This document shows, piece after piece, positions 58,801-61,693 of a stretch of 64,000 nt of DNA. Both the position numbers and the translations under genes were made by a program. Origin of the DNA: Diadema antillarum (lineage: Eukaryota); contig NW_027271379.1 in the NCBI RefSeq assembly GCF_040938485.1, positions 1 to 64,000 on the forward strand, read 5' to 3'. The notes beneath the pieces are model-generated. The model did not search any database and was not told the DNA's origin. It saw only the letters and a program-made list of their open reading frames with translations. Position 1 is the first letter of the stretch. Each line of letters starts with the position of its first letter.

Positions 58801-61629
58801 CTTTTATCCTTTAAAGAAAAATAAATGCAAGTAAATAAAAATGCTTATCAAATGCTGATGGAGCAAGCCAATGGGCATGACAACCAAACTCACCAAGGCA
58901 TGTTCCAGGCATCCGCCATCTGTGCAGGGGTAAGGGCCGGCAGAAAGGCCATGAATCCAGTCTGATTGAACACGAGAGCCCACTTCTCCAGGGCAGGACC
59001 AAGGCGCTCGACCTGCCCTAGCAGGTCGGCGTAGAGTACAGAGGAGGCTGTCACATTCCAGTAGAGCGGCTCAGTGCGATTGAACTCTGGATGGAAGGCA
59101 TAGGCGAGCTGAAGACAGAGGAGGAAGAATGAGAGGGCAAGAGTAATGACTCTAATTAGGCTGTTGGGCTTTTTTGGCTATGCTATATCTAGGGAAGGCA
59201 GATTCCACCCCCAGGCAACATGCAACACAGACATCATAATCTACAAGACAATGCCTTAAAATTAGTTGAAATCATCAATTTCTGGCTTGAATAAACTAAT
59301 GAGGCAGATTAAGCTAAAGATCTTATCATATAGCCTTTCACACACAAATTAAAAGCATTGAGAGTATTTTGGTATGTACAGTTGTATATCTATTAAAAGC
59401 ATTTTGGTATGTACAGTTTGTTGTATATCTGTTGTAACATATTCAACAATTGTACATCATGAAAAAAACAAAAAAAAAGAAACGAATTGTATTGTTTTTG
59501 GAATTTGTTATGTACGTATATTTCTTTGATGGCAAACAACCTGTCAAACAGAAACAAGAATATGGTACAATTGTATATAAGGCTGACAAGAATAGGACAA
59601 ATGAGAAGAACAAAGATACAATGTAAGTTACACAATCAGGGATTAAACAACAACAGCAAAAGGAGCATGGGAAGGGGGATGAGAGGGTGGATGAGAATGA
59701 GGACCTGAGGAGGAGGAAAAGGAGGATGATGACCAGGAGGAGTAGTGAAGCCTGGAGGTACGCTTACCAAATACTGCAGTTCCTCCACCTGCATCAAGTC
59801 CATGAACTCCACCCCAAGGAGCCCGTAGTCCACTCCGCACAGGGTGCTGTCCAGGGCTTGGGAGTCCTCTTCCGGCAGCTCCAGGAGGGACTGGCGGAGG
59901 GTGGCGTTACAGAGCAACATGACGGAATCATCGATGTCTGCAAGGGCTAATACCTGGTGGTGGTAGTGAGAATCACACACATTAATTAGAAAATACTGAT
60001 ATCATACAAACTCTCTTCTAAGCAGCCATTGCAGTATCACTTTGTGACAGACTATCAACAAACATCTCATGCTTGTGTGCACTACAGCGGTGATTGTGCT
60101 CATAAAATATTAATTTGGGTGCGTGCCACGCTATTCTACAGTTTCACAGACAGTGCAAGCTCAAGCAACAATGAGACAAGACTGTAAATCAGGCCCAGTG
60201 ATGGTGCAAAGTGAATTCCTGAAGCACACAATTTTCACTGGACACTGACACATTTTCCACAGACTGTCAACAGCATGGCTTGAACAATTTCAAACATTTA
60301 CATCCAAGCATATCTAATACGGCAGATGATCTTGTGTATGCAAGTGAGTGTGCGCATTACACATTTGGGTGCGGATAACGAATAATGTTAATGCTTAGTG
60401 ACACTATTCCAAAGAGGAACAAGCATATTTTGTAAGACTTAAATGTCGTCGCATATCTTGATGGCCCTTTGAATTTTTTGCTATATTATTTTCATCTGAA
60501 GTCCATGAACCCCAAGCCACATGTTTGGGGCATTTACCACCTCATGCTTGGACTATTGTCTATACTTTAAATTTGCATACACCTGAGTCTATCATTTTGA
60601 ATCACATAAAACTTATCCACACTTTGTATGTTTCAGTTGCCTTCTCCTCCCATACCCATACACCTCTCCCACAACTGAAATCAACATCACTCTCGATATT
60701 TGTGAAAATTTTCTGACCTTTGCTGGGTCTTCGTACGCCTCCGCGATGGCTGCCTGAATAGCGCCACCTCGCTGCGTGAGGAACACTATGCCTTCCAAGA
60801 ACTTTTCAGTCTCGCCACCGTACATGGGAACCTCCTCGTAGGCCAGCGCTGTTTATGAAAACACATAAAATGCCATGTAGAGGCATTGTGCTTCTACGAC
60901 AAGTAGGAAAGCTGCTTGCCATACAAAGTTTTGAGAGATCATGTAGCTGCTAAGCACAATGACATACTGCCAACAAAAGAATATCCAGCAAAGATGCTAG
61001 GCACATTAGACAGGTGGCTGCTGTACACAAGGTCTGACAGACATCATTCCTCTGTGGAAGAGTTTGTAGTGACCACTATACAAACATGGCCTTTTAAAAC
61101 AGGTGCAATTGTAGATTTGAAGCAGTCTATACATGAACCTAGAAATTCTTCTACAAGATGGGTAAATCCATGTGAATAGCATGTCAGAAACTCTGGCAAG
61201 TGATTGCAAGACTCCAGAATGCTTTCTAGTTGAAATAACAATATTAAATTTTGTTCTTAAGATATGCATAAGAGTTGAGTATCCAGAAAAAAGAGAGAGT
61301 TCATTGTATATACAGTGAAAGTGTTTGAGCTTACACTCAGCCGATGTGTTCTACATTATGAAGAAAATTACTAAACTCGGCTCTACCACTAATCGATTTT
61401 CAGACATGATTCACGAAGATAGAATAATAACAATGCAAATACTGGATATAATCATGATTACAAAAAAAAACTACAAGATACAAGTATGATATACTCACAG
61501 ATGACTGTGTGCAAGATGATAGTGGCATCTTGAATCATGACGTCCTGGGCAAGTTGGAAGGCATAGAGCTTCTGAACCTCAGGAATCTCATCCAAGCTCT
61601 CAAAGATCGATTCAAATTGTCCCATCAGA
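535..61629 (-). CDS. Large multi-exon gene, partial (58 exons seen, both ends outside window): ~3,020 aa of tandem four-exon repeats, probably the expanded extracellular domain 1 of an ABCA-subfamily lipid transporter
   Basis: GC-richer exons with GT-AG boundaries splice in compatible phases into one stop-free frame (one junction is hidden by the 9372-9523 gap). Many N-x-S/T sequons, paired Cys, acidic and Leu-rich. C/D exons resemble the ABCA1/ABCA2 ECD1 motif by recall. No TM or Walker motifs in the window. Confidence 0.7.
1965..2158 (-). CDS. Exon A14 (194 nt, phase 0-2)
   Basis: tgacag|...|gtaaga; LIVLATNNHNHGFVDQDLDMRHMINEIQELGDGLTNSLTKEFSAVDQSGTVEDVIYDIMMGFNE. Confidence 0.85.
2374..2733. 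mobile_element. MITE with CAGAGACTCCAAC-type TIRs and 6-bp TSD (copy 1)
   Basis: Ends caaagactccaac / gttggagtctctg; flanked by exact GAGAAG direct repeats; inverted homolog at 26297-26600. Confidence 0.75.
2881..3067. mobile_element. TA-target MITE (Tc1/mariner or pogo-like CAGTGGACTCCC TIR), copy 1
   Basis: cagtggactcccattataacgaa ... gttataacaggagtgcacag; homolog at 29644-29829. Confidence 0.7.
3138..3335 (-). CDS. Exon D13 (198 nt, phase 0-0)
   Basis: ttcaag|...|gtgagc; ANALQTHDDFERVLCDPAAFNMLLTPVFNASLETLQGTLCAALLAGHETLVDDLQTHFITAPLQQD. Confidence 0.87.
3810..3931 (-). CDS. Exon C13 (122 nt, phase 1-0)
   Basis: tttcag|...|gtgagt; HNISLFEAITHHEMALQNLYLAVYPEDFAILATSTVNTEI. Confidence 0.83.
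4485..4702. mobile_element. Degenerate TA-MITE related to the CTGTAAAA family
   Basis: Ends ...cctcgtttaacagta; internal tttcgc/gcgaaa motifs shared with the family. Confidence 0.45.
4862..4992 (-). CDS. Exon B13 (131 nt, phase 2-1)
   Basis: ctacag|...|gtcagt; LFESMELLNNLLYLDGEWDQIKGYMNTVTSIVEWMNDQLDNID. Confidence 0.87.
5578..5786 (-). CDS. Exon A13 (209 nt, phase 0-2)
   Basis: gtgcag|...|gtgagt; FANLLNHSQTGSGSGELYDWQSLVSNVQRIIDTYETLFKLDTFDPNVNHTQIEELVMRLQHGLNTFDME. Confidence 0.85.
6343..6554. mobile_element. TA-flanked MITE, CTGTAAAAGTGGA TIR family
   Basis: ta|ctgtaagagtgga ... ttccacttttacag|ta. Confidence 0.75.
6723..6926 (-). CDS. Exon D12 (204 nt, phase 0-0)
   Basis: tcgtag|...|gtttgt; LAELHLNGEWEEVFCAGVPQMTNSSEAEFYQVFNVSAIFSHLCHLNRTQFFEHVNSLLSVDILRLTEE. 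Confidence 0.87.
7174..8687 (+). mobile_element. Helentron-associated (HINE / pearl / DINE-like) non-autonomous element with 152-bp tandem repeats
   Basis: 13-bp subterminal inverted repeat tatgcctccgcca (7201-7213) / tggcggaggcata (8670-8682); gacccaaactttcaccagagaat recurs at 7982, 8134, 8286; (CGGA)n at ~8547-8634; 3' hairpin 8651-8680; A-tract ends. Confidence 0.7.
9372..9523. other. Assembly gap (152 N) that truncates exon C12
   Basis: Run of N. Confidence 0.99.
9524..9641 (-). CDS. Exon C12 (visible part; 3' end hidden in assembly gap)
   Basis: ctccag|; FSLPHLLTNETVLNKFLTEVLDMAPEYAEALLLSEINP - the module closest to the ABCA1 LKLQDFLVDNETFSGFL..NLSLP motif as I recall it. Confidence 0.82.
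10264..10391 (-). CDS. Exon B12b (128 nt, phase 2-1)
   Basis: atccag|...|gtgagt; AVAWLQSAQEALVETGLWQQVLPIVNFVDLLIEGQLDALMPL. Confidence 0.85.
10552..10954 (-). mobile_element. Kolobok-type MITE (TTAA target, AGGG...CCCT ends), inverted copy of 35245-35627
   Basis: ttaa|agga... ; internal tttcaaagccaatcttcat and aaaccacctctg match the family; degenerate right end tcatccct|ttga. Confidence 0.6.
11635..11763 (-). CDS. Extra exon B12a (129 nt, phase 2-2)
   Basis: cattag|...|gtaagt; LIKSLEELAPFLNDPSVINEIRTALMSGVALMQWSSSLPTDL. Confidence 0.72.
12319..12529. mobile_element. TA-flanked MITE, CTGTAAAAGTGG TIR family
   Basis: ta|ctgtaaaagtggtttctttcgcg ... cgcgaaagaaaccacgtatacag|ta. Confidence 0.75.
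13009..13148 (-). CDS. Exon A12 (140 nt, phase 0-2)
   Basis: tcctag|...|gtatgc; SGSIFLDLKANYTVDSFADIASLVLDLTAMVQDLAALPEMLTGDID. Confidence 0.85.
13290..13346. repeat. (TCAT)n microsatellite, with (CAGT)n nearby at 13551-13584
   Basis: Direct reading. Confidence 0.9.
14087..14293 (-). CDS. Exon D11 (207 nt, phase 0-0)
   Basis: tcccag|...|gtgagt; LADYYQNGLLDTLVCQEGYYNGVHLILRFEVGFINQTALQQYLCSADLQEFFADAKDLYGFDFLRWAEV. Confidence 0.88.
14368..14793. mobile_element. Kolobok-type MITE, TTAA TSD
   Basis: ttaa|aggtgcatggtccaggt ... accgggaccatgcacct|ttaa (17-bp TIR, 1 mismatch); CpG-rich interior. Confidence 0.8.
15235..15392 (-). mobile_element. Degenerate tRNA-derived SINE
   Basis: Minus strand has a B-box-like GGTTCAAGCCC followed by TTGTGCCCT..GGCAAGGCA, resembling the conserved SINE2 central motif. 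Confidence 0.4.
15592..15713 (-). CDS. Exon C11 (122 nt, phase 1-0)
   Basis: ccacag|...|gtaagt; DIIRTVLDPNAPLEDVTRYLNLTQEEIRIALLGDFIHLTY. Confidence 0.82.
16260..16390 (-). CDS. Exon B11 (131 nt, phase 2-1)
   Basis: caacag|...|gtctgc; ISLSLLDGLEDILRMFGVWDKVRPYLSLTEVILGTAEHYLDIT. Confidence 0.8.
17293..17420 (-). CDS. Exon A11 (128 nt, phase 0-2)
   Basis: ttgtag|...|gtgagt; VSRILFNDPTLDWEGALNLSRQLSENLQQLLASPPTTAEDIE. Confidence 0.85.
18058..18252 (-). CDS. Exon D10 (195 nt, phase 0-0)
   Basis: ctccag|...|gtcaga; WNQVWMSEDPLKTLCEAGVPRDTIAVAINSSVTAQAIQDGICSVNLTDVDDLLSSIFDLDTLIIE. Confidence 0.9.
18885..19018 (-). CDS. Exon C10 (134 nt, phase 1-0)
   Basis: tttcag|...|gtgagt; TAMPVPTFGELFPDPTVLADLLRQLGLPEDMITAFLDSAIQADR. 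Confidence 0.88.
19912..20042 (-). CDS. Exon B10 (131 nt, phase 2-1)
   Basis: gtttag|...|gtgaga; IVELLQQFQVPGLNETWVQNWLAQVQLMEYVNDVLTQWITNAN. Confidence 0.88.
20487..20570. mobile_element. 84-bp TTAA-flanked mini-MITE (piggyBac-like CC ends)
   Basis: ttaa|cctgttgaggatgag ... aaagg|ttaa; homolog at 37688-37772. Confidence 0.65.
20615..20656 (+). mobile_element. 3'-end remnant of the HINE-like element
   Basis: cacttcgtggcggaggcataaaaa matches 8663-8686. Confidence 0.55.
20771..20898 (-). CDS. Exon A10 (128 nt, phase 0-2)
   Basis: tgacag|...|gtatgt; LVRVFFNVPEVEIQLAINASQEIAEILGNFLSNPSQYSIDYA. Confidence 0.88.
21003..21996 (+). mobile_element. Kolobok-type MITE (35245 family) split by a LINE insertion
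   Basis: Left part aagggatggaatattattggttgaggtgaggattcagctttta; right part gtttatttgatgaaaatc ... atccct|ttaa. Confidence 0.65.
21127..21711 (-). mobile_element. 5'-truncated LINE (L2/Crack/CR1-like) 3' end
   Basis: Minus strand: ORF2-like C-terminus LDKFKQCSTLSDFKRKYKFYLLEKK*, then 3' UTR, AATAAA and (TTGAA)n tail; 8-bp TSD ATATTCAA at 21119-21126 and 21712-21719. Confidence 0.65.
22176..22374. mobile_element. TA-flanked MITE, CTGTAAAAGTGGA family
   Basis: ta|ctgtaaatgtgaa ... atccacttttacag|ta. Confidence 0.7.
22546..22740 (-). CDS. Exon D9 (195 nt, phase 0-0)
   Basis: gcgcag|...|gtatgt; WTALFSSPDPLAAVCNSSSFADIFDQFVNASVDIQTIQTQLCSVNLTSIDAILNSIFMSNRIVAE. Confidence 0.9.
23156..23272. repeat. 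(TCA/CCA)n low-complexity repeat
   Basis: Direct reading. Confidence 0.85.
23686..23819 (-). CDS. Exon C9 (134 nt, phase 1-0)
   Basis: tggcag|...|gtatct; same peptide as exon C8. Confidence 0.9.
23900..24106. mobile_element. TA-flanked MITE, CTGTAAAAGTGGA family
   Basis: ta|ctgtaaaagtggaaattttcgc ... atatccgcttttacag|ta. Confidence 0.75.
24773..24900 (-). CDS. Exon B9 (128 nt, phase 2-1)
   Basis: tcacag|...|gtgagt; IMDLLQLYAPELDLSALESYLSQVQLMDYIEEAIADWLTETN. Confidence 0.88.
25647..25774 (-). CDS. Exon A9 (128 nt, phase 0-2)
   Basis: catcag|...|gtacgt; MAQLIFNLPEVDVQIAINISQEVAQILASLTENPLEYTSALQ. Confidence 0.88.
25852..26022. other. Assembly gap (171 N), intronic
   Basis: Run of N; the flanking exons D8 and A9 join in phase without it. 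Confidence 0.99.
26297..26600. mobile_element. MITE with CAGAGACTCCAAC TIRs and 6-bp TSD (copy 2)
   Basis: Perfect 13-bp TIR cagagactccaac / gttggagtctctg; exact GATAAG direct repeats. Confidence 0.8.
27024..27215 (-). CDS. Exon D8 (192 nt, phase 0-0)
   Basis: ttgcag|...|gtgtgc; WVSLFASPDPLTALCDTSFQDVFELSFNATVDIDAIQAQLCSVNLSSIDNILSTIFMSNIQIIE. Confidence 0.9.
27979..28112 (-). CDS. Exon C8 (134 nt, phase 1-0)
   Basis: tgacag|...|gtatgt; TVTSIPTFEELFPDPDIIRQLLYQTGLPAEVVEGFLQMAPQFDQ. Confidence 0.9.
28407..28534 (-). CDS. Exon B8 (128 nt, phase 2-1)
   Basis: tgacag|...|gtgaga; IIEILQELVPDLDVSVFQSWLGQVQLTDYINEAIANWIMGNN. Confidence 0.88.
28716..28950. mobile_element. TA-MITE, divergent CTGTA family member
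   Basis: gctgttatttttgc ... gcaaaaataacagcgtatacag|ta. Confidence 0.55.
29373..29500 (-). CDS. Exon A8 (128 nt, phase 0-2)
   Basis: caatag|...|gtttga; LVQVLFNLPDVEVQLAINISQEASQIIQSLIANPLQYSTELA. Confidence 0.88.
29644..29829. mobile_element. TA-flanked MITE (CAGTGGACTCCC TIR), copy 2
   Basis: ta|cagtggactccccttataacgaa ... ttcgttataacgggagtgcactg|ta. Confidence 0.8.
30330..30524 (-). CDS. Exon D7 (195 nt, phase 0-0)
   Basis: ttgcag|...|gtaacc; WINLFLTEEPVVAICQTSLFQDVFEQTVNATFDVQSIQAALCSINLTSIDNVLSSIFMSNRLTIE. Confidence 0.9.
30986..31016. repeat. (AAT)n microsatellite
   Basis: Direct reading. Confidence 0.9.
31488..31621 (-). CDS. Exon C7 (134 nt, phase 1-0)
   Basis: gaacag|...|gtaact; TVQMLPTFEELFPDPDIIRQLLAESGLPAEVVEGFMGLAPLSDQ. 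Confidence 0.88.
32056..32186 (-). CDS. Exon B7 (131 nt, phase 2-1)
   Basis: tggcag|...|gtgaga; LIAQLRMLEMTGESPQWFRTILAQLELSQYVSTAVTEWLARSN. Confidence 0.85.
32807..33045 (-). CDS. Exon A7 (239 nt, phase 0-2)
   Basis: ttgcag|...|gttagc; INRILSLDPTLPPFNQTAATLRQQELAALIAALVADPPQVVVDPAWWLTVANRTEV...IPGLD. Confidence 0.85.
33972..34166 (-). CDS. Exon D6 (195 nt, phase 0-0)
   Basis: caccag|...|gtaaga; MTYLFVTPNAFAELCASGQFATFFTLPPDSPTDISVVEEVFCGTNVTVLVSELDDVLKFTDIQNE. Confidence 0.9.
34745..34878 (-). CDS. Exon C6 (134 nt, phase 1-0)
   Basis: ctatag|...|gtagga; QSFTLPTLDELFVNATHVRELLGQSDVAPEIIDTFLSLSMQVDK. Confidence 0.85.
35245..35627 (+). mobile_element. Kolobok-type MITE, intact, TTAA TSD
   Basis: ttaa|agggtgtgtacagttctgg ... 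ccagtactgtacagtccct|ttaa; internal palindromic gagatatc..aaaa / ttttgatatctc arms. Confidence 0.8.
35921..36069 (-). CDS. Exon B6 (149 nt, phase 2-1)
   Basis: atgcag|...|gtaccg; DPDFLSFVFGDILRQIPSELLNSEPALLVPFRLSDYITSVLIDMLKMVQ. Confidence 0.8.
36322..36522. mobile_element. Small TIR element with internal telomere-like (TTAGGG) repeats
   Basis: tgctcctgcgacaa / ttgtcgcagcagca inverted ends; internal ggttagagttagggtc, gattaggattagggttagggtt. Confidence 0.55.
36833..37020 (-). CDS. Exon A6 (188 nt, phase 0-2)
   Basis: tttcag|...|gtaagt; ISSGNAVNFTALSQNFQTLAFAIQSLIENPPNLLKYNEEWFTTTLGRIATVLEANSVNNTSL. Confidence 0.85.
37688..37772. mobile_element. 85-bp TTAA-flanked mini-MITE
   Basis: ttaa|ccagttgaggatgag ... 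ctatcctcaatggg|ttaa. Confidence 0.7.
37897..38082 (-). CDS. Exon D5 (186 nt, phase 0-0)
   Basis: aatcag|...|gtgagt; ILARQGNRTWLETVCADIEDLPLLIEIPADIDLEAAHQALCSLDVEAFQLAYLQDLQEVIAE. Confidence 0.88.
38791..38912 (-). CDS. Exon C5 (122 nt, phase 1-0)
   Basis: tctcag|...|gtgagt; RNITLNDLMPPYAATYLETNSDLAPDVITLLLHASVNTEA. Confidence 0.85.
39536..39660 (-). CDS. Exon B5 (125 nt, phase 2-1)
   Basis: ctgcag|...|gtgagc; LAALLESGLLTNQPWAIELEAALRTMNAIVAYSNDYLLRLP. Confidence 0.85.
40253..40488 (-). CDS. Exon A5 (236 nt, phase 0-2)
   Basis: ctctag|...|gtgaga; YQLLIDPTVQVGTFNWTAYALSQEEWMETIQRLIAAPPSLTFDPAWQNKTVANL...DGMENLA. Confidence 0.85.
40953..41147 (-). CDS. Exon D4 (195 nt, phase 0-0)
   Basis: tttcag|...|gtgcga; MLVFFNMTNPLLTLCVSGQFSAFFYSPLNPDFDVAGLETAFCSIDFEDLTAELKEISSYDEILAE. 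Confidence 0.9.
41762..41898 (-). CDS. Exon C4 (137 nt, phase 1-0)
   Basis: ctcaag|...|gtatcc; QEIIFPYLGNLLADAPELQRILLQDYQIAPGLVEAIFSLSLQPDK. Confidence 0.85.
42008..42090 (-). pseudogene. tRNA-derived sequence (tRNA pseudogene or SINE-like repeat)
   Basis: A box TAGTCTAGTGG, B box GGTTCGAATCC, D stem GTCT/AGAC, T stem GTAGG/CCTGC, acceptor GCTCGG/CCGAGT; mismatched anticodon stem and an abnormal ~17-nt variable region. Confidence 0.6.
42916..43034 (-). CDS. Exon B4 (119 nt, phase 2-1)
   Basis: caacag|...|gtaatc; LEGLQALFVNETWYQETVKQLQWMTALNRILTDKLVMLE. Confidence 0.85.
43624..43745 (-). CDS. Exon A4 (122 nt, phase 0-2)
   Basis: acatag|...|gtgagt; IVDQLYLSIIPDFTIPGLDLQTLLPQIFTFVETLNPADLQ. 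Confidence 0.85.
44358..44546 (-). CDS. Exon D3 (189 nt, phase 0-0)
   Basis: tttcag|...|gtaagg; LLEMAISGQWNETLCSEEALKLFFVSPESLNLTLIHGVLCSLDFQQSLTELMQDSAFQMIWSV. Confidence 0.9.
45300..45430 (-). CDS. Exon C3 (131 nt, phase 1-0)
   Basis: ctccag|...|gtgagt; MEPISLASLVPDADQLVEVLTPLAPLNPEIILAIINAEINPQA. Confidence 0.85.
46007..46164 (-). CDS. Exon B3 (158 nt, phase 2-1)
   Basis: tcaaaag|...|gtgagc; FLDSFGKEFSTLVDNIDRMFVNATPGWDAFVANLDIITTVLQYTTPLWNRTE. Confidence 0.85.
46230..46700. repeat. Interspersed repeat, diverged same-orientation copy of 55065-55502
   Basis: Shared gtggtcaaagagaaatgagga, aagtgctaaa.ttggaagaa, tgacatgctttacaa, gttatcaatgcgaaa. Confidence 0.7.
47294..47397 (-). CDS. Exon A3 (104 nt, phase 0-2)
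   Basis: ccaaag|...|gtgagt; LIAELRAFQISDDLTGWVSEFERILASLDLTSVQ. Confidence 0.8.
47939..48127 (-). CDS. Exon D2 (189 nt, phase 0-0)
   Basis: ttgcag|...|gtgagt; LIEVVTTNRWNETLCGQELLPLDLELPAGLNLTQLQRALCEVDFENLIAQLSRGEGIDHFISL. Confidence 0.9.
48572..48702 (-). CDS. Exon C2 (131 nt, phase 1-0)
   Basis: gtgtag|...|gtaggg; TPEISLAMLVPNATELALVLSDALALPVDVVYQLITMPIDPSK. Confidence 0.85.
49076..49840 (+). mobile_element. Non-autonomous DNA transposon, ~36-bp TIR, TA-flanked (copy 1 of a tandem pair)
   Basis: ta|tgtgacccgctacaacaaaatggtcctaaagtcg ... cgactttaggatcattttgttgtagcgggtcaca|ta. Confidence 0.85.
49940..50701 (+). mobile_element. Non-autonomous DNA transposon (copy 2 of the tandem pair)
   Basis: Same TIRs and collinear interior as 49076-49840. 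Confidence 0.85.
50932..51083 (-). CDS. Exon B2 (152 nt, phase 2-1)
   Basis: gcacag|...|gtgagt; WSKELTTQLMETWLLIDGQLSSLPGWEVYKANVYLLFATVEQLVSGNGTL. Confidence 0.85.
52152..52378 (-). CDS. Exon A2 (227 nt, phase 0-2)
   Basis: tgacag|...|gtgagt; LGQVQNASTKPLFSEFDWEAQTAEQNLLAANLAGSWELMEAF...GLTSGNNT. Confidence 0.85.
52598..52744. repeat. 147-bp interrupted palindrome at the end of a probable repeat element
   Basis: Arms 52598-52611/52731-52744 (14 bp perfect), 52617-52640/52699-52722 (24 bp perfect), 52647-52664/52678-52695 (18 bp, 1 mismatch); 13-nt loop. Confidence 0.85.
53345..53585 (+). mobile_element. Degenerate HINE-like fragment with (GACA)n
   Basis: cctggatccagac..., (GACA/GTCA)n at ~53502-53530, ends gatggaggtaataa. 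Confidence 0.4.
53663..53854 (-). CDS. Exon D1 (192 nt, phase 0-0)
   Basis: cttccag|...|gtgaga; SQRLMQVTDWQAAFCNATLRDDLFGFTDKGVDASLFEQMFCRTDWDTIAQELSVYVDAGSIIFW. Confidence 0.9.
53893..54380. repeat. (TGG/TGT)n low-complexity tract
   Basis: Direct reading; source of several spurious ORFs. Confidence 0.9.
55065..55502. repeat. Interspersed repeat, copy of 46230-46700
   Basis: See partner copy. Confidence 0.7.
55635..55765 (-). CDS. Exon C1 (131 nt, phase 1-0)
   Basis: poly-C-gcag|...|gtaagc; LSQGEVIPALYGTKTEELLTAILSLDHVALITAISEATMDPAL. Confidence 0.85.
56626..56756 (-). CDS. Exon B1 (131 nt, phase 2-1)
   Basis: atttag|...|gtgagc; LLVEGLLNTTVPQGLDYIYPAAAGQNAGLHIMTAINRVYAVLT. Confidence 0.85.
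57733..58531 (+). mobile_element. piggyBac-like MITE, TTAA TSD (copy 1)
   Basis: ttaa|ccctaactaggccggg ... cccggcctagttaggg|ttaa (16-bp perfect TIR); G/C-run subterminal palindromes. Confidence 0.85.
58894..59108 (-). CDS. Exon A1 (215 nt, phase 0-2)
   Basis: tcttcag|...|gtgagt; LAYAFHPEFNRTEPLYWNVTASSVLYADLLGQVERLGPALEKW...AWNMP. Confidence 0.85.
59768..59953 (-). CDS. Exon D0 (186 nt, phase 0-0)
   Basis: caccag|...|gtaagc; VLALADIDDSVMLLCNATLRQSLLELPEEDSQALDSTLCGVDYGLLGVEFMDLMQVEELQYL. Confidence 0.9.
60718..60848 (-). CDS. Exon C0 (131 nt, phase 1-0)
   Basis: aaacag|...|gtcaga; LAYEEVPMYGGETEKFLEGIVFLTQRGGAIQAAIAEAYEDPAK. Confidence 0.85.
61499..61629 (-). CDS. Exon B0 (131 nt, phase 2-1)
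   Basis: ttaacag|...|gtgagt; LMGQFESIFESLDEIPEVQKLYAFQLAQDVMIQDATIILHTVI. Confidence 0.85.
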
Positions 61630-61693
61630 CTGTTAATTGTCACAAATGCAGAAAGAACACCACATCTTATTCAACTGTTCCGTTGGCACTTAA

